Shown one piece after another: positions 50,130 to 58,503 of a stretch of 64,000 nt of DNA. The stretch spans positions 8,193 to 72,192 of the forward strand of contig JBFMHM010000001.1 of assembly GCA_040753015.1 (NCBI GenBank), written 5' to 3'. The notes beneath the pieces were generated by a model, which worked only from the letters and a program-made list of their open reading frames with translations, was not told the DNA's origin and ran no database searches. This DNA comes from Candidatus Omnitrophota bacterium (lineage in GTDB: Bacteria; Omnitrophota; Gorgyraeia; Gygaellales; JBFMHM01). Numbering within the stretch: position 1 is the stretch's first letter; each line of letters opens with the position of its first letter. The position numbers and the translations under genes are program-made.

Positions 50130-51761
50130 ATGTCAAAACAATTGCTGTATAATGAAGAAGCAAGGCGTAAAATCCTTTCCGGTGTTGAGCAATTAGCTGC
50201 GGCAGTAAAGGTAACACTCGGGCCAAAAGGAAGAAATGTCGTAATCGACAAAAAATTTGGTTCACCAACAATCACAAAAGACGGTGTAACCGTTGCAAAA
50301 GAGGTTGAACTCGAATGCCCTTATGAAAATATGGGTGCACAGCTAATCAAAGAAGTTGCAGAAAAAACTTCTGATTTAGCAGGCGATGGTACAACCACAG
50401 CAACAATTTTAGCTGAAGCAATTTATCGCGAAGGCTTAAAAAATGTTACAGCTGGCGCAAACCCAATGGCATTAAAAAGGGGTATTGAGCAAGCAGTAGA
50501 AAAAATTACCGAAGAATTAAAAACATTATCAAAACCAATTAAAGACAAAAAAGAAATTGCACAAGTTGGATCAATTGCCGCAAATGGCGATACCGAAATT
50601 GGCAATTTAATTGCTGAAGCAATGGATAAAGCCGGAAAAGACGGCGTTATTACCGTTGAAGAGGCAAAATCAATTGCAACCACCTTAGATGTTGTTGAGG
50701 GTATGCAATTTGATCAAGGATATTTATCTCCATATTTTTCTACTGATATGGAAAGAATGGAATGCATCCTTGATGAGCCATATATTTTAATCCATGAGAA
50801 AAAAATATCTGCTTTAAAAGATATGCTTCCATTGTTAGAAAAAATTGCGCGTGCTGGCAAACCAATGCTAATTATTGCCGAAGAAGTTGAAGGCGAAGCA
50901 CTTGCAACATTAGTTGTCAATAAACTTCGCGGAACACTAACCTGTGTAGCTGTAAAAGCTCCCGGTTATGGCGACAGGCGCAAAGCAATGCTCGAAGATA
51001 TCGCAATTCTAACCGGCGGTAAAGCTATAACTGAAGATCTTGGCATAAAGCTAGAAAATGTCGATATTTCAGACCTTGGCCGCGCAAAAAGGGTTAAAAT
51101 TGATAAAGAAAATACAACTATCGTTGAAGGCGCAGGAAAAACTGCTGCTATAAACGGCAGAATTAATCAAATCAGAAAACAAATCGAAGAAACAGATTCT
51201 GATTATGATAAAGAAAAGCTACAAGAACGCTTAGCAAAACTTGCTGGCGGAGTTGCCGTAATCAATGTTGGCGCTGCAACTGAAACTGAAATGAAAGAGA
51301 AAAAAGCCCGCGTTGAAGATGCGCTACATGCAACAAGAGCTGCACGCGAAGAAGGTGTTGTACCAGGTGGTGGAGTAGCATTAGTTAGGGCTCTGCCTTG
51401 CCTTGAAAAAATTAAACTTGATGGCGATGAAAAAATCGGTGCGAATATTGTAAGGCGCGCACTGGAAGAGCCTATAAGACAGTTGGCAGAGAATGCCGCT
51501 CTAGAAGGTTCTGTAATCGTACAAAAAGTTAAAGAAGGAAAAGGCAACTTTGGCTTCAATGTCGCAACTGGTGAATATACCGATATGATGGATGCCGGGA
51601 TAATTGACCCAACAAAAGTTACCCGCACAGCACTACAAAATGCATCTAGTATCGCATCATTACTTCTTACAACTGAGTGCGTCATTACCGACAAACCAGA
51701 AGAGAAAAAAGAAGCAGCAATGCCTCCAATGCCTCCAGGCGGCGGCTACGGCGGATATTAA
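50130..51761 (+). CDS. groEL: chaperonin GroEL
   Basis: The ATP-binding motif [15 protein letters not shown]...[10 protein letters not shown] and the C-terminal GGM-like tail ([12 protein letters not shown]) are present. Confidence 0.97.
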   Translation: MSKQLLYNEEARRKILSGVEQLAAAVKVTLGPKGRNVVIDKKFGSPTITKDGVTVAKEVELECPYENMGAQLIKEVAEKTSDLAGDGTTTATILAEAIYREGLKNVTAGANPMALKRGIEQAVEKITEELKTLSKPIKDKKEIAQVGSIAANGDTEIGNLIAEAMDKAGKDGVITVEEAKSIATTLDVVEGMQFDQGYLSPYFSTDMERMECILDEPYILIHEKKISALKDMLPLLEKIARAGKPMLIIAEEVEGEALATLVVNKLRGTLTCVAVKAPGYGDRRKAMLEDIAILTGGKAITEDLGIKLENVDISDLGRAKRVKIDKENTTIVEGAGKTAAINGRINQIRKQIEETDSDYDKEKLQERLAKLAGGVAVINVGAATETEMKEKKARVEDALHATRAAREEGVVPGGGVALVRALPCLEKIKLDGDEKIGANIVRRALEEPIRQLAENAALEGSVIVQKVKEGKGNFGFNVATGEYTDMMDAGIIDPTKVTRTALQNASSIASLLLTTECVITDKPEEKKEAAMPPMPPGGGYGGY

Positions 51762-51793
51762 CCAATTTTTTCTAACGAAAAAATTGCCTAAAA

Positions 51794-51918
51794 GGCTGCA
51801 AGTTTAAATCTGATAAGATTTAAACTGTTATGCAGGTTACACTGAACCGTGATTTTTACGGGGCAGTGTTAAGTCATAGCGAAAATCAACCCCGCCTCTA
51901 AACAGAGGCGGGGTTTTT
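51794..51918 (+). ncRNA. structured RNA element, copy A of a tandem pair, ending in intrinsic terminator (CCCCGCCTCT-aaac-AGAGGCGGGG-TTTTT)
   Basis: It is paralogous to copy B. P1 is CTGCA/TGCAG, the P2 hairpin is GTTTAAATC-tgataa-GATTTAAAC, and the motif GGTTACACTGAACCGT is conserved. Confidence 0.45.
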
Positions 51919-51973
51919 ATTTGCTTGCAATGTCTATTATCCCGAATTTTGCAATAGCAAAATTCGCCCCTGA

Positions 51974-52109
51974 GGGCCGCAAGATTAAATCTCGTCGAGA
52001 TTTAATCTGTTCTGCGGGTTACCCTGGACCGTCAGCGAAGCGCTTTGACTGGTTCGGTGGTTAATACAAAAAAACCAACCCCATCTCTAGAAATAGGGAT
52101 GGGGTTTTT
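51974..52109 (+). ncRNA. structured RNA element, copy B of the tandem pair, ending in intrinsic terminator (CCCCATCTCTAG-aaa-TAGGGATGGGG-TTTTT)
   Basis: P1 is CCGCA/TGCGG and P2 is AGATTAAATCTC-gtcga-GAGATTTAATCT. Both are compensatory relative to copy A. The conserved motif is GGTTACCCTGGACCGT. Confidence 0.45.
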
Positions 52110-52138
52110 CTTTACCAACATTCTACCCAAAAATTTTC

Positions 52139-52167
52139 TTGACACCTGTATAAACATACAGTATTAT
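52139..52167 (+). promoter_or_regulatory. promoter TTGACA-17-TATTAT with LexA (SOS) box CTGTATAAACATACAG in the spacer (52146-52161)
   Basis: This is the gamma-proteobacterial-type CTGT-N8-ACAG palindrome, flanked by A...TA. It overlaps the promoter of the gene encoding a LexA domain, which is the classic autoregulatory layout. Confidence 0.7.
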
Positions 52168-52174
52168 AACGTTC

Positions 52175-53680
52175 ATGATACGCCAAAGAAAAAAAAATAT
52201 AAAACTTACTAAACGTCAGGAACAAATTTTTAATTTTATTGTTAAAAACATAAAAAACTTCGGTTTCCCGCCTTCTATTTCAGAGTTTCAAAAAAAATTC
52301 TCTTTTAAATCACCTAATGCCGTTCAAAGCCATCTCAATAGCCTAGAAAAAAAAGGTTTTATTTCTCGACATCCGCATAAATCACGCGCTATAGAAATTT
52401 TAATTAATCAAAAAACGATGCTAAATAACTCTAATTCTACAATGGATATCCCCATTGTTGGCCGTGTTGCGGCCGGCGCGCCAATCATAGCCGAAGAAAA
52501 TATCGAAGGAACGCTCGCGGTCGATAAAACGCTTGTTAAAGATCCAAATAAAACTTTTGCTTTACAGGTAAGAGGCGACAGTATGATTAATGCAGGAATC
52601 CTGAATAATGACTTTGTAGTTGTCCAACAACAATCTACTGCGGATGAGGGTGAAATCGTCGTTGCTCTTATTGGCGAAGAAGCCACAGTAAAAAGATTTT
52701 ATAAAGAAAAAGATTGCATTAAATTAATTGCCGAAAATGAGAATTTTGCGCCAATAATAATAACGCCAAAAGATAATGATATTCAAATATTGGGAAAAGT
52801 AAAAGGTGTTATAAGGAAATTTAAAACAGATAACACCATCGCACCAATTAAACAAGCTGCACGCTCGCCTAACAAAGAAAAGAGCGATGTCTTTTTTAAA
52901 TCAGAAAACATAAAAATTTTGAATAATGATATACTTAACACTGAAAATATTTTACCATCTAGTGTTGATTTAATAATTACCTCTCCGCCATATAATCTTG
53001 ATATTAAATATGGTGCTCATGACGACAAACTGTCTTATGAAGAATACCTCAAATTTAGTAAAGAGTGGATGGCTAGATGTTTTGAGCTTGCCAAAGACGA
53101 TGGACGCTTTTGTTTAAATATCCCGCTTGATAAAAATAAGAACGGACAACAAAGCGTTTGCGCTGATATTACATCAATTGCAAAACATATAGGCTGGCAT
53201 TATCATTCTACGATAATTTGGAATGAAGGTAATATTTCTAGACGTACAGCATGGGGTTCATGGCTTAGCGCTTCAGCCCCCTATGTCATTGCGCCTGTTG
53301 AAGTAATTGTAGTTTTTTATAAAAAATTTTGGAAAAAACAAAAACCAGGAAAATCTGATATAACAAAAGAAGAATTTATGGAATGGACTAATGGTGTTTG
53401 GTCTTTTAACGGCGAAAGCAAAAAAAGAATAGGGCACCCTGCGCCATTCCCTGTGGAGCTGCCAAAAAGATGTATTAAACTCTTTAGCTATACTACTGAT
53501 ACCATCTTAGATCCATTTCTAGGGAGCGGATCAACTTTACTAGCTTGTATTAAAGAAAAAAGGGGCGGCATAGGCGTAGATATAGATAGACAATATTGTG
53601 ATTTAGCAAAAAGAAGGATAATGAATTATAATGCCCAGTGTAATTTTAACTTTAAGGAGACAGTATGTCAGGAGAAATAG
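52175..53680 (+). CDS. LexA repressor (wHTH + S24 autopeptidase) fused in-frame to a beta-class DNA methyltransferase (N4-cytosine/N6-adenine type)
   Basis: Residues 1-216 are a complete LexA. The DNA-binding domain is FPPSISEFQKKFSFKSPNAVQSHLNSLEKKGFI, the cleavage site is VAA-GAP, and the catalytic Ser and Lys are at GDSM and VKRF with E. coli-like spacing. Residues 260-501 are an MTase with motif IV (SPPY) preceding motif I (DPFLGSGST). There is no stop codon or separate start between the two parts. Confidence 0.8.
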   Translation: MIRQRKKNIKLTKRQEQIFNFIVKNIKNFGFPPSISEFQKKFSFKSPNAVQSHLNSLEKKGFISRHPHKSRAIEILINQKTMLNNSNSTMDIPIVGRVAAGAPIIAEENIEGTLAVDKTLVKDPNKTFALQVRGDSMINAGILNNDFVVVQQQSTADEGEIVVALIGEEATVKRFYKEKDCIKLIAENENFAPIIITPKDNDIQILGKVKGVIRKFKTDNTIAPIKQAARSPNKEKSDVFFKSENIKILNNDILNTENILPSSVDLIITSPPYNLDIKYGAHDDKLSYEEYLKFSKEWMARCFELAKDDGRFCLNIPLDKNKNGQQSVCADITSIAKHIGWHYHSTIIWNEGNISRRTAWGSWLSASAPYVIAPVEVIVVFYKKFWKKQKPGKSDITKEEFMEWTNGVWSFNGESKKRIGHPAPFPVELPKRCIKLFSYTTDTILDPFLGSGSTLLACIKEKRGGIGVDIDRQYCDLAKRRIMNYNAQCNFNFKETVCQEK

Positions 53681-54249
53681 TCCAATCCAATTTGATAATG
53701 GAATATTTTAAAAATCATCCCAACCAAGATATTAAACATCCTGAGATTGTTGATTGGGTAACAGCTGAATACAATAAAAGAACTGGTAAGGTTTTTCGAG
53801 ATCCAGATAGAGCTATTAGAAAGCTATCCCAAGAAGGACAATTAATAAAAATTAAAAAAGGTGTGTATAAGTATGACCCTTCTTTTATTAAAAATCGAAA
53901 ATTAAAAGATTTTACAACTGAACAAAAGAAAGAAATATTTAAACGAGATGCTTATAAATGCGTGGTTTGTGGCCGCGGAATTAATGACGGAGTAGAAATT
54001 CACGCTGATCATATAAAGCCAAGAGATTTAGGCGGTGAATCAAAAATAGAAAATGGTCAAACATTGTGTGCCCAGCATAACTTTCAAAAGAAAAATTATA
54101 AACAGACAGAAACAGGAAAGAAGATGTTTATAAGACTTTGTGAATTAGCAAAAAAATCTAAAGATAAAAAGTTGCAAAAATTTTGTGAAGAAGTATTAAC
54201 AGTCTATGAAAAAAATAATATTAACGGTCACATAAGATGGAATAAATAG
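53665..54249 (+). CDS. HNH endonuclease with N-terminal winged-helix-like domain (putative restriction endonuclease partner of the MTase)
   Basis: The HNH motif is CVVCGRGINDGVEIHADHIKPRDLGGESKIENGQTLCAQHN. The gene overlaps the upstream ORF by 16 nt with a GGAGA RBS, which indicates translational coupling. Confidence 0.7.
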   Translation: MSGEIVQSNLIMEYFKNHPNQDIKHPEIVDWVTAEYNKRTGKVFRDPDRAIRKLSQEGQLIKIKKGVYKYDPSFIKNRKLKDFTTEQKKEIFKRDAYKCVVCGRGINDGVEIHADHIKPRDLGGESKIENGQTLCAQHNFQKKNYKQTETGKKMFIRLCELAKKSKDKKLQKFCEEVLTVYEKNNINGHIRWNK

Positions 54250-54263
54250 AGGAATATAGACAT

Positions 54264-54896
54264 ATGGGTATTTTATATCTTGATTTGTTATTAATAATAA
54301 TCGGGATCTCTGCATTGTTGGGAGAAAATAAGATTGATAAAATTGGAACTTTTTTCTATTTAATGTTTATATTCGGTTTTTTCTTTACTCTCGGGGAAGC
54401 TTTAACAAAAATTGTTACAAGAAAAGACTATAATTTGTGGATGATATTTTTTATTTTTACCTTTTTTATAATTATAAATTTTAGGCAAGTTAAAAACTTT
54501 ACCACTTTCGTTGTTTGTAGTAAGATAATAACGTTAAATTACGATTTAGAAACAGAAGAATTTAAAAATAATAAGAAAATAAAAATAGCTACTCCCGAAG
54601 GCAGGTGTATTATTGCTAAAGAAAATGGACTGTATCGCATATATTTGCCTCGAAAGATTGTAGATGTAAATCTTTTTTATACTTCTTATGATGCTAACGG
54701 AATACACAAAGGTCGTATTTTATGGATTAAGGATGTGGATTTTACATTTAAAGATAGGTATATAGAATCATATCACGTTTTAAACGAAAGTGCTAATAAT
54801 GGAAAAGGAAGGCATCTAATAAAATATTACTATCGGTTGAATATTTTTGAGCTTTTAAAAAAATCCAGTAGTTTTTGGAGAAGCTATTTAGAATAA
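54264..54896 (+). CDS. hypothetical membrane protein (3 N-terminal TM helices + soluble C-terminal domain)
   Basis: Hydrophobicity only. No motifs. Confidence 0.4.
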   Translation: MGILYLDLLLIIIGISALLGENKIDKIGTFFYLMFIFGFFFTLGEALTKIVTRKDYNLWMIFFIFTFFIIINFRQVKNFTTFVVCSKIITLNYDLETEEFKNNKKIKIATPEGRCIIAKENGLYRIYLPRKIVDVNLFYTSYDANGIHKGRILWIKDVDFTFKDRYIESYHVLNESANNGKGRHLIKYYYRLNIFELLKKSSSFWRSYLE

Positions 54897-54948
54897 TCCC
54901 AGACCATAATCAGAATTCCGAAGACACAGCAGTTAATTAACCCTTAAA

Positions 54949-56088
54949 ATGAAAAAGCTCTTGGCAATTTTTGCACTAATCCTCACGATAACAACAAACT
55001 CTTTCGCCTCGGAAATTTGGTATCAGGCTCGGGTAAGAGATGCGAGTGATCGGAGTTATGAGAAAGAAGTTATTGCGCTACTTGATTCTGCCAAACAATC
55101 AATTACAATCTCAATGTACGTCATCAAACCGCATGAAATAAAAAACCACCCAGTAAATCTTCTGCTTAATGATCTTTTAGAGGCTAGAGGCCGAGGGGTT
55201 GAAGTAAATATCTACCTAAATGCCAGGTTTAACAATGTCTTAGAATCTGGCGATATTACGCGTAATCCTATTTATGCCACACTAGAACAAAAAGGCGCAA
55301 AAATATACTTTGTATCAAGCGCAACCATGCTTCACGATAAACTTATTATCATTGACGAGCGCTACATCGTAGAAGGTAGCACAAATTGGAGCGTTGCCGC
55401 TCTAAAAAATAATCTTGAATCAGCAACAATCATAGATTCACCTGAGCTTGCCAAAAGAAAATTATCTAGAATCAGCCAATTACCGTTAGAAGGCCAAGCA
55501 AAGCCAACCACCAAAGAAGAAAAGCCAATAGTTGCCAATTTACCACCAGAAATAGAAATAAAAGCTTGCCTTATTACCGATAAAAACTTTTTCTCTAAAA
55601 TGGTGAGAAACCGAGACGAACATACAATTGATCTATATCTTTATTTAATTGGGTTATCACAAGCCTATAACTCAAATGAATTCTTTATAGATCTTGAAAC
55701 AATACCACTCGATATTTCGCTTCCTAAAAAATGGCCCGAAACTGCTAAACGCCGCCAAATCATAAAATTATTAAAGAAGCTTTCGAAAAACTATCATCTT
55801 ATACAAGTAGAATTTTATCCCGCTAAAGATAGCTGGGTAAAATTAATAAACTTACCTGGCGAATCATTTCTTATCCCCAATACTTATTTTACTGAAGTTT
55901 ATATTAATCGCTTTAGCGCAAAAGCTCAACTGCTCATCCTGACAGATTTTCTTTTAAAGAAAGAGGGAAAAAGTATTTATTCTACATCTCTAGCTGATCT
56001 TAGCCGACTCCTTAACCTTAACCCCAAGATAATCTCCAAGGCGTTGTCAGAAGTAAAAAACTACACAGAGAATCAAAGAATTGACTAA
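54949..56088 (+). CDS. secreted phospholipase-D-superfamily (single HKD motif, Nuc-like) protein with uncharacterised C-terminal domain
   Basis: A signal peptide MKKLLAIFALILTITTNSFA is followed by the HKD motif region LHDKLIIIDERYIVEGSTNWS. Confidence 0.65.
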   Translation: MKKLLAIFALILTITTNSFASEIWYQARVRDASDRSYEKEVIALLDSAKQSITISMYVIKPHEIKNHPVNLLLNDLLEARGRGVEVNIYLNARFNNVLESGDITRNPIYATLEQKGAKIYFVSSATMLHDKLIIIDERYIVEGSTNWSVAALKNNLESATIIDSPELAKRKLSRISQLPLEGQAKPTTKEEKPIVANLPPEIEIKACLITDKNFFSKMVRNRDEHTIDLYLYLIGLSQAYNSNEFFIDLETIPLDISLPKKWPETAKRRQIIKLLKKLSKNYHLIQVEFYPAKDSWVKLINLPGESFLIPNTYFTEVYINRFSAKAQLLILTDFLLKKEGKSIYSTSLADLSRLLNLNPKIISKALSEVKNYTENQRID

Positions 56089-56115
56089 AATTAAAAAAAG
56101 CTTATAATTAAACTA

Positions 56116-56601
56116 ATGTTAGATTATTTAGGCATATTTAAAGAATTAAACAAAAGAAAAATAAAGTATATTGTCGTAGGGGGAATGGCAATAAACCTAT
56201 ATGGCATCCCACGAATGACCTATGACTTAGATTTCATACTTTTACTCGAAAATAACAATATTAAAAAATTTATTACTTTAATGAAAAAATGGGGCTTTAA
56301 ACCAAAAGTGCCCGTAAATATAATGGATTTTTCAAATAAAGACAAAAGAAATGACTGGATAAAGAATAAAAATATGAAGGCCTTCAATCTAGTAAATCTG
56401 AATTGGGGAATTGCAGAAATTGACATAATTATCGATAGCCCAGTTAATTACGAAAAAGCTTATAAGAACATTAAATACATATCCTTACGGAATACACAGA
56501 TTCCAACTATAGGCATAGACGATCTTATCAAAATGAAGCATAAAACCGGAAGAAAACAAGATTTAGCCGATGTCAAAACTTTAATGAAATTGAAAAGATG
56601 A
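56116..56601 (+). CDS. minimal nucleotidyltransferase-fold protein (AbiEii/DUF-type NTase)
   Basis: The sequence YIVVGGMAINLYGIPRMTYDLDFIL has the GG...G..R.T.DLD nucleotidyltransferase signature. Confidence 0.45.
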   Translation: MLDYLGIFKELNKRKIKYIVVGGMAINLYGIPRMTYDLDFILLLENNNIKKFITLMKKWGFKPKVPVNIMDFSNKDKRNDWIKNKNMKAFNLVNLNWGIAEIDIIIDSPVNYEKAYKNIKYISLRNTQIPTIGIDDLIKMKHKTGRKQDLADVKTLMKLKR

Positions 56602-56774
56602 AACCTAAGACTAACGGATTCGAATATTATTTAACTAAAGATCAAATCAAACGATACAGCGCTATGCCTTTAGAAAATAGGTTGGCATGGCTTTATCAGG
56701 CAAACCTCTTAAGAAAATACTATCCTAAAAAAATCATAAGATTGCAAAATTTATTCCGCGAAGGAAAAATTTAA
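56598..56774 (+). CDS. small ORF (58 aa) translationally coupled (ATGA overlap) to the NTase gene; possible partner protein
   Basis: I translate it as MKPKTNGFEYYLTKDQIKRYSAMPLENRLAWLYQANLLRKYYPKKIIRLQNLFREGKI. There is no family assignment. Confidence 0.25.
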   Translation: MKPKTNGFEYYLTKDQIKRYSAMPLENRLAWLYQANLLRKYYPKKIIRLQNLFREGKI

Positions 56775-56918
56775 ACGTATCTTTAACCCCAGAATAATCT
56801 CAAAAAGCTCTACTCAAACTTAACATCAAACTTAAAAAATATTGCTTTTAACAAAAATAAATGCTATATTACTGTTTTGCAAGGAATTATAAAAATTTAT
56901 ATAAAGGGGTGATAAAAA

Positions 56919-57083
56919 ATGCCGCATGTACAAATAAAAAAAGATGAGCCTTTCGAAGCAGCTCTTAGAAGATTTAAAAAACAGATCGAAAGAGAAGGCA
57001 TCTTAAAAGAAGTAAAAGACCGTAAACATTACGAAAAGCCTAGCCAGAGGAAAAGAAAAAGAGCACCGCGCTCATCTAGATAA
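56919..57083 (+). CDS. rpsU: 30S ribosomal protein S21
   Basis: My manual translation gives [54 protein letters not shown]. This matches the S21 consensus (MPxIxVxENEPFDxALRRFKR...G.L.E.R.R.FYEKP). It is absent from the ORF track because it is shorter than 60 aa. Confidence 0.85.
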   Translation: MPHVQIKKDEPFEAALRRFKKQIEREGILKEVKDRKHYEKPSQRKRKRAPRSSR

Positions 57084-57114
57084 TTTAGTAAAAATTATTT
57101 CAACAGCAAAAAAT

Positions 57115-57927
57115 ATGTTAAGAGAACCTGCTGTAGCCGGAAGATTTTATCCGCAAAGTAAATCTGACCTAATTAAACAAATTACAAGCTTTCTGCCTAA
57201 AAAAATACAAAAAAAAGACGTTGTTGGCGCTATATTACCTCATGCAGGTTACATTTACTCTGGTAAGGTAGCCGTAGAAACTGCTTGTATAATTGAACCC
57301 AAAAAAATATTTATAGTAATCGGGCCAAATCATTCTGGAATTGGTGAAAACTTTAGTATACAAACTAAAGGAAAATGGTTAACTCCTCTAGGAGAGGTGG
57401 CTATTGAAGAATATCTGGCTTCGGAATTATTAAAAAATTCTCTTCTTTTAAAGGAAGATTCCCTGGCCCATAAATTTGAACACTCTATTGAAGTAGAACT
57501 ACCTATTTTACAGTATTTTAATACTAGCTTCAAATTCATACCAATTGCAATAATGTCATCTGACACGGAAAAACTTAAAGAATTCGGCAACGAACTAGCT
57601 ATAAATCTTGAGAAATCGGGAAGAATTAAAGATATAGTTATAATTGCTTCAAGCGATATGACTCATTATGAAAAACACGAAGAAGCTTCTAAAAAAGACA
57701 AAGTTGCTATTGATGCGATCTTAAGTTTAGATGCCGATCTTTTGGTGAAAAACTTAACTAAGTTAAACATAACTATGTGCGGCTGGGGCCCGGCAATAAT
57801 ACTTTTATCTTATGCAAAAAAAATTAAAGCTAATAAAACAAAACTTATCAAATATCAAACAAGCGCTGCCGCAAGCGGTGATTATAATAGCGTTGTTGGA
57901 TATGCCGGTATAATTATAACGAGGTGA
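57115..57927 (+). CDS. MEMO1-family protein (AmmeMemoRadiSam system protein B)
   Basis: The sequence MLREPAVAGRFYP...ILPHAGYIYSGKVA is the Memo-like dioxygenase-fold signature. Confidence 0.85.
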   Translation: MLREPAVAGRFYPQSKSDLIKQITSFLPKKIQKKDVVGAILPHAGYIYSGKVAVETACIIEPKKIFIVIGPNHSGIGENFSIQTKGKWLTPLGEVAIEEYLASELLKNSLLLKEDSLAHKFEHSIEVELPILQYFNTSFKFIPIAIMSSDTEKLKEFGNELAINLEKSGRIKDIVIIASSDMTHYEKHEEASKKDKVAIDAILSLDADLLVKNLTKLNITMCGWGPAIILLSYAKKIKANKTKLIKYQTSAAASGDYNSVVGYAGIIITR

Positions 57928-57930
57928 TTC

Positions 57931-58305
57931 ATGAATGAACAAAAGAAGGTAGACGAAAGCTGGAAAGAAAAAGCAAAAGATAATGAAGAAACAATACAAA
58001 ATAAATCCGGGCAAGATTTTATGCCTGAAGCAACATTTGCAATGTTAATTTCAAGCTTAGCAATACAAGCAACAATTTCTCTTGGTGAAATAGAAAGCCC
58101 CTTAACAAATAAAAAGGAAATTGATCTTAAACAAGCAAAGTATTTGATTGATACATTGGGTATGCTACAAGAAAAAACAAAGAATAATTTAACAAAAGAA
58201 GAAACAACTATGATGGAAAATGTGCTTTTTGAGCTAAGGACGATATTTTTAGAAAAATCAAATTCGCCGCAATTAAATAAAAACGAAGAAGTAAAGGAGA
58301 AATAA
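57931..58305 (+). CDS. DUF1844 domain protein
   Basis: The sequence PEATFAMLISSLAIQATISLGEI...IDTLGMLQEKTKNNL matches the DUF1844 pattern. Confidence 0.6.
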   Translation: MNEQKKVDESWKEKAKDNEETIQNKSGQDFMPEATFAMLISSLAIQATISLGEIESPLTNKKEIDLKQAKYLIDTLGMLQEKTKNNLTKEETTMMENVLFELRTIFLEKSNSPQLNKNEEVKEK

Positions 58306-58306
58306 A

Positions 58307-58477
58307 ATGATTGATAAAGAATTATTGGATATATTAATCTGCCCTGCCTGCCATGGTGAAATAGAACTGAAATCATTCGAGAAGAATATCCAAAAAATAT
58401 GCTGCAAAAAATGCGGCAGGAAATACCCTGTTAGAGACGATATACCAATAATGTTAATTGATGAAGCAGAAATATAA
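58307..58477 (+). CDS. Trm112/YcaR-family small zinc-ribbon protein (UPF0434)
   Basis: My manual translation gives MIDKELLDILICPACHGEIEL...CCKKCGRKYPVRDDIPIMLIDEAEI. The CPxC...C..C motif and DGIP(I/V)ML are the family signature. The gene is 56 aa and absent from the ORF track. Confidence 0.75.
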   Translation: MIDKELLDILICPACHGEIELKSFEKNIQKICCKKCGRKYPVRDDIPIMLIDEAEI

Positions 58478-58503
58478 TAGTTAAAAAATAAAAGGATATA
58501 TAG

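Noticed and set aside
51794-52109. Tandem palindromic units as LexA or other protein operators
   Set aside because: Each unit ends in a canonical GC-rich hairpin plus T-run, and the two copies differ by compensatory changes in the helices. This fits RNA structure better than protein-binding DNA sites. The genuine LexA box is the separate CTGT-N8-ACAG at 52146.
52175-53680. LexA-MTase fusion as an artefact of a sequencing frameshift joining two genes
   Set aside because: This cannot be fully excluded without reads. Against it, the LexA part runs to its normal C-terminus (…GKVKGVIRKF) and continues in frame through a linker into the MTase N-terminal region. The MTase has no Met or RBS of its own before motif IV. 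A simple lost stop would usually leave a visible start for the second gene. It is kept as real but flagged for verification.
54949-56088. PLD-family protein as a BfiI-like restriction endonuclease
   Set aside because: The size and single HKD motif are compatible. However, the N-terminus is a clear cleavable Sec signal peptide, which argues for an exported Nuc-like nuclease or phospholipase rather than a cytoplasmic restriction enzyme.
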